Source: Vezdaea acicularis | Taxonomy: Eukaryota | NCBI GenBank assembly: GCA_026025075.1 | Contig: JAPEUI010000094.1 | Location: 1 to 63,934, forward strand | Length of the DNA: 63,934 nucleotides | Direction: 5' to 3' | Shown: piece by piece, positions 63,808 to 63,934 of the stretch | Layout of the letters: each line of letters begins with the position of its first letter | Numbering within the stretch: position 1 is the stretch's first letter | Made by a program: the position numbers and the translations under genes | The notes under the pieces: model-generated | The model's database searches: none | What the model saw: only the letters and a program-made list of their open reading frames with translations | What the model was told of the DNA's origin: nothing

Positions 63808-63934
63808 CTCCTTCTCCTTCTCCTTCTCCTTCTCCTTCTCCTTCTCCTTCTCCTTCTCCTTCTCCTTCTCCTTCTCCTTCTCCTTCTCCTTCTCCTTCTC
63901 CTTCTCCTTCTCCTTCTCCTTCTCCTTCTCCTTC
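63808..63934 (+). repeat. (CTCCTT)n hexanucleotide microsatellite, at least 21 units, running off the window end
   Basis: Perfect ctcctt tandem array to the last base. Confidence 0.97.

Noticed and set aside
1..63934. CRISPR array, rRNA genes or an autonomous transposase/retroelement
   Set aside because: No repeat-spacer structure, rRNA-like sequence, or DDE/RT motifs seen; the context is eukaryotic.

Overview
Filamentous ascomycete (Pezizomycotina-type) nuclear DNA, judged from its short GT-AG introns with CTRAY branch sites. About 22 protein genes and one intron-containing tRNA-His can be supported. In order: NCS1 permease (5' part), AusD-like methyltransferase, DCG1/hydantoin racemase, a hypothetical protein, a candidate copper-monooxygenase-like protein, a CorA-like gene bracketed by two inverted copies of a ~240-250 bp Tc1/mariner-type MITE, a ~7 kb gene-poor GC-rich stretch, PLC1, a bacterial-like flavoprotein disulfide reductase, GUF1, MAD2, a serine racemase/dehydratase-like gene, ILV5, tRNA-His, a conserved hypothetical, a four-gene mycosporine (UV-sunscreen) cluster, an FHA protein, TOM70, an aminodeoxychorismate-lyase/phospholipase D gene, a sedolisin, and a terminal (CTCCTT)n repeat. 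Most notable: (1) the mycosporine cluster (O-MT, DDGS, ATP-grasp) with an attached NRPS-like A-T-R reductase, a candidate for making amino-alcohol mycosporines; (2) an ABZ2-like lyase fused in frame, with no stop, to SPO14/PLD1; (3) the MITE pair; (4) the Cu-monooxygenase-like protein. All family calls come from motif recognition by eye; no database searches were run.
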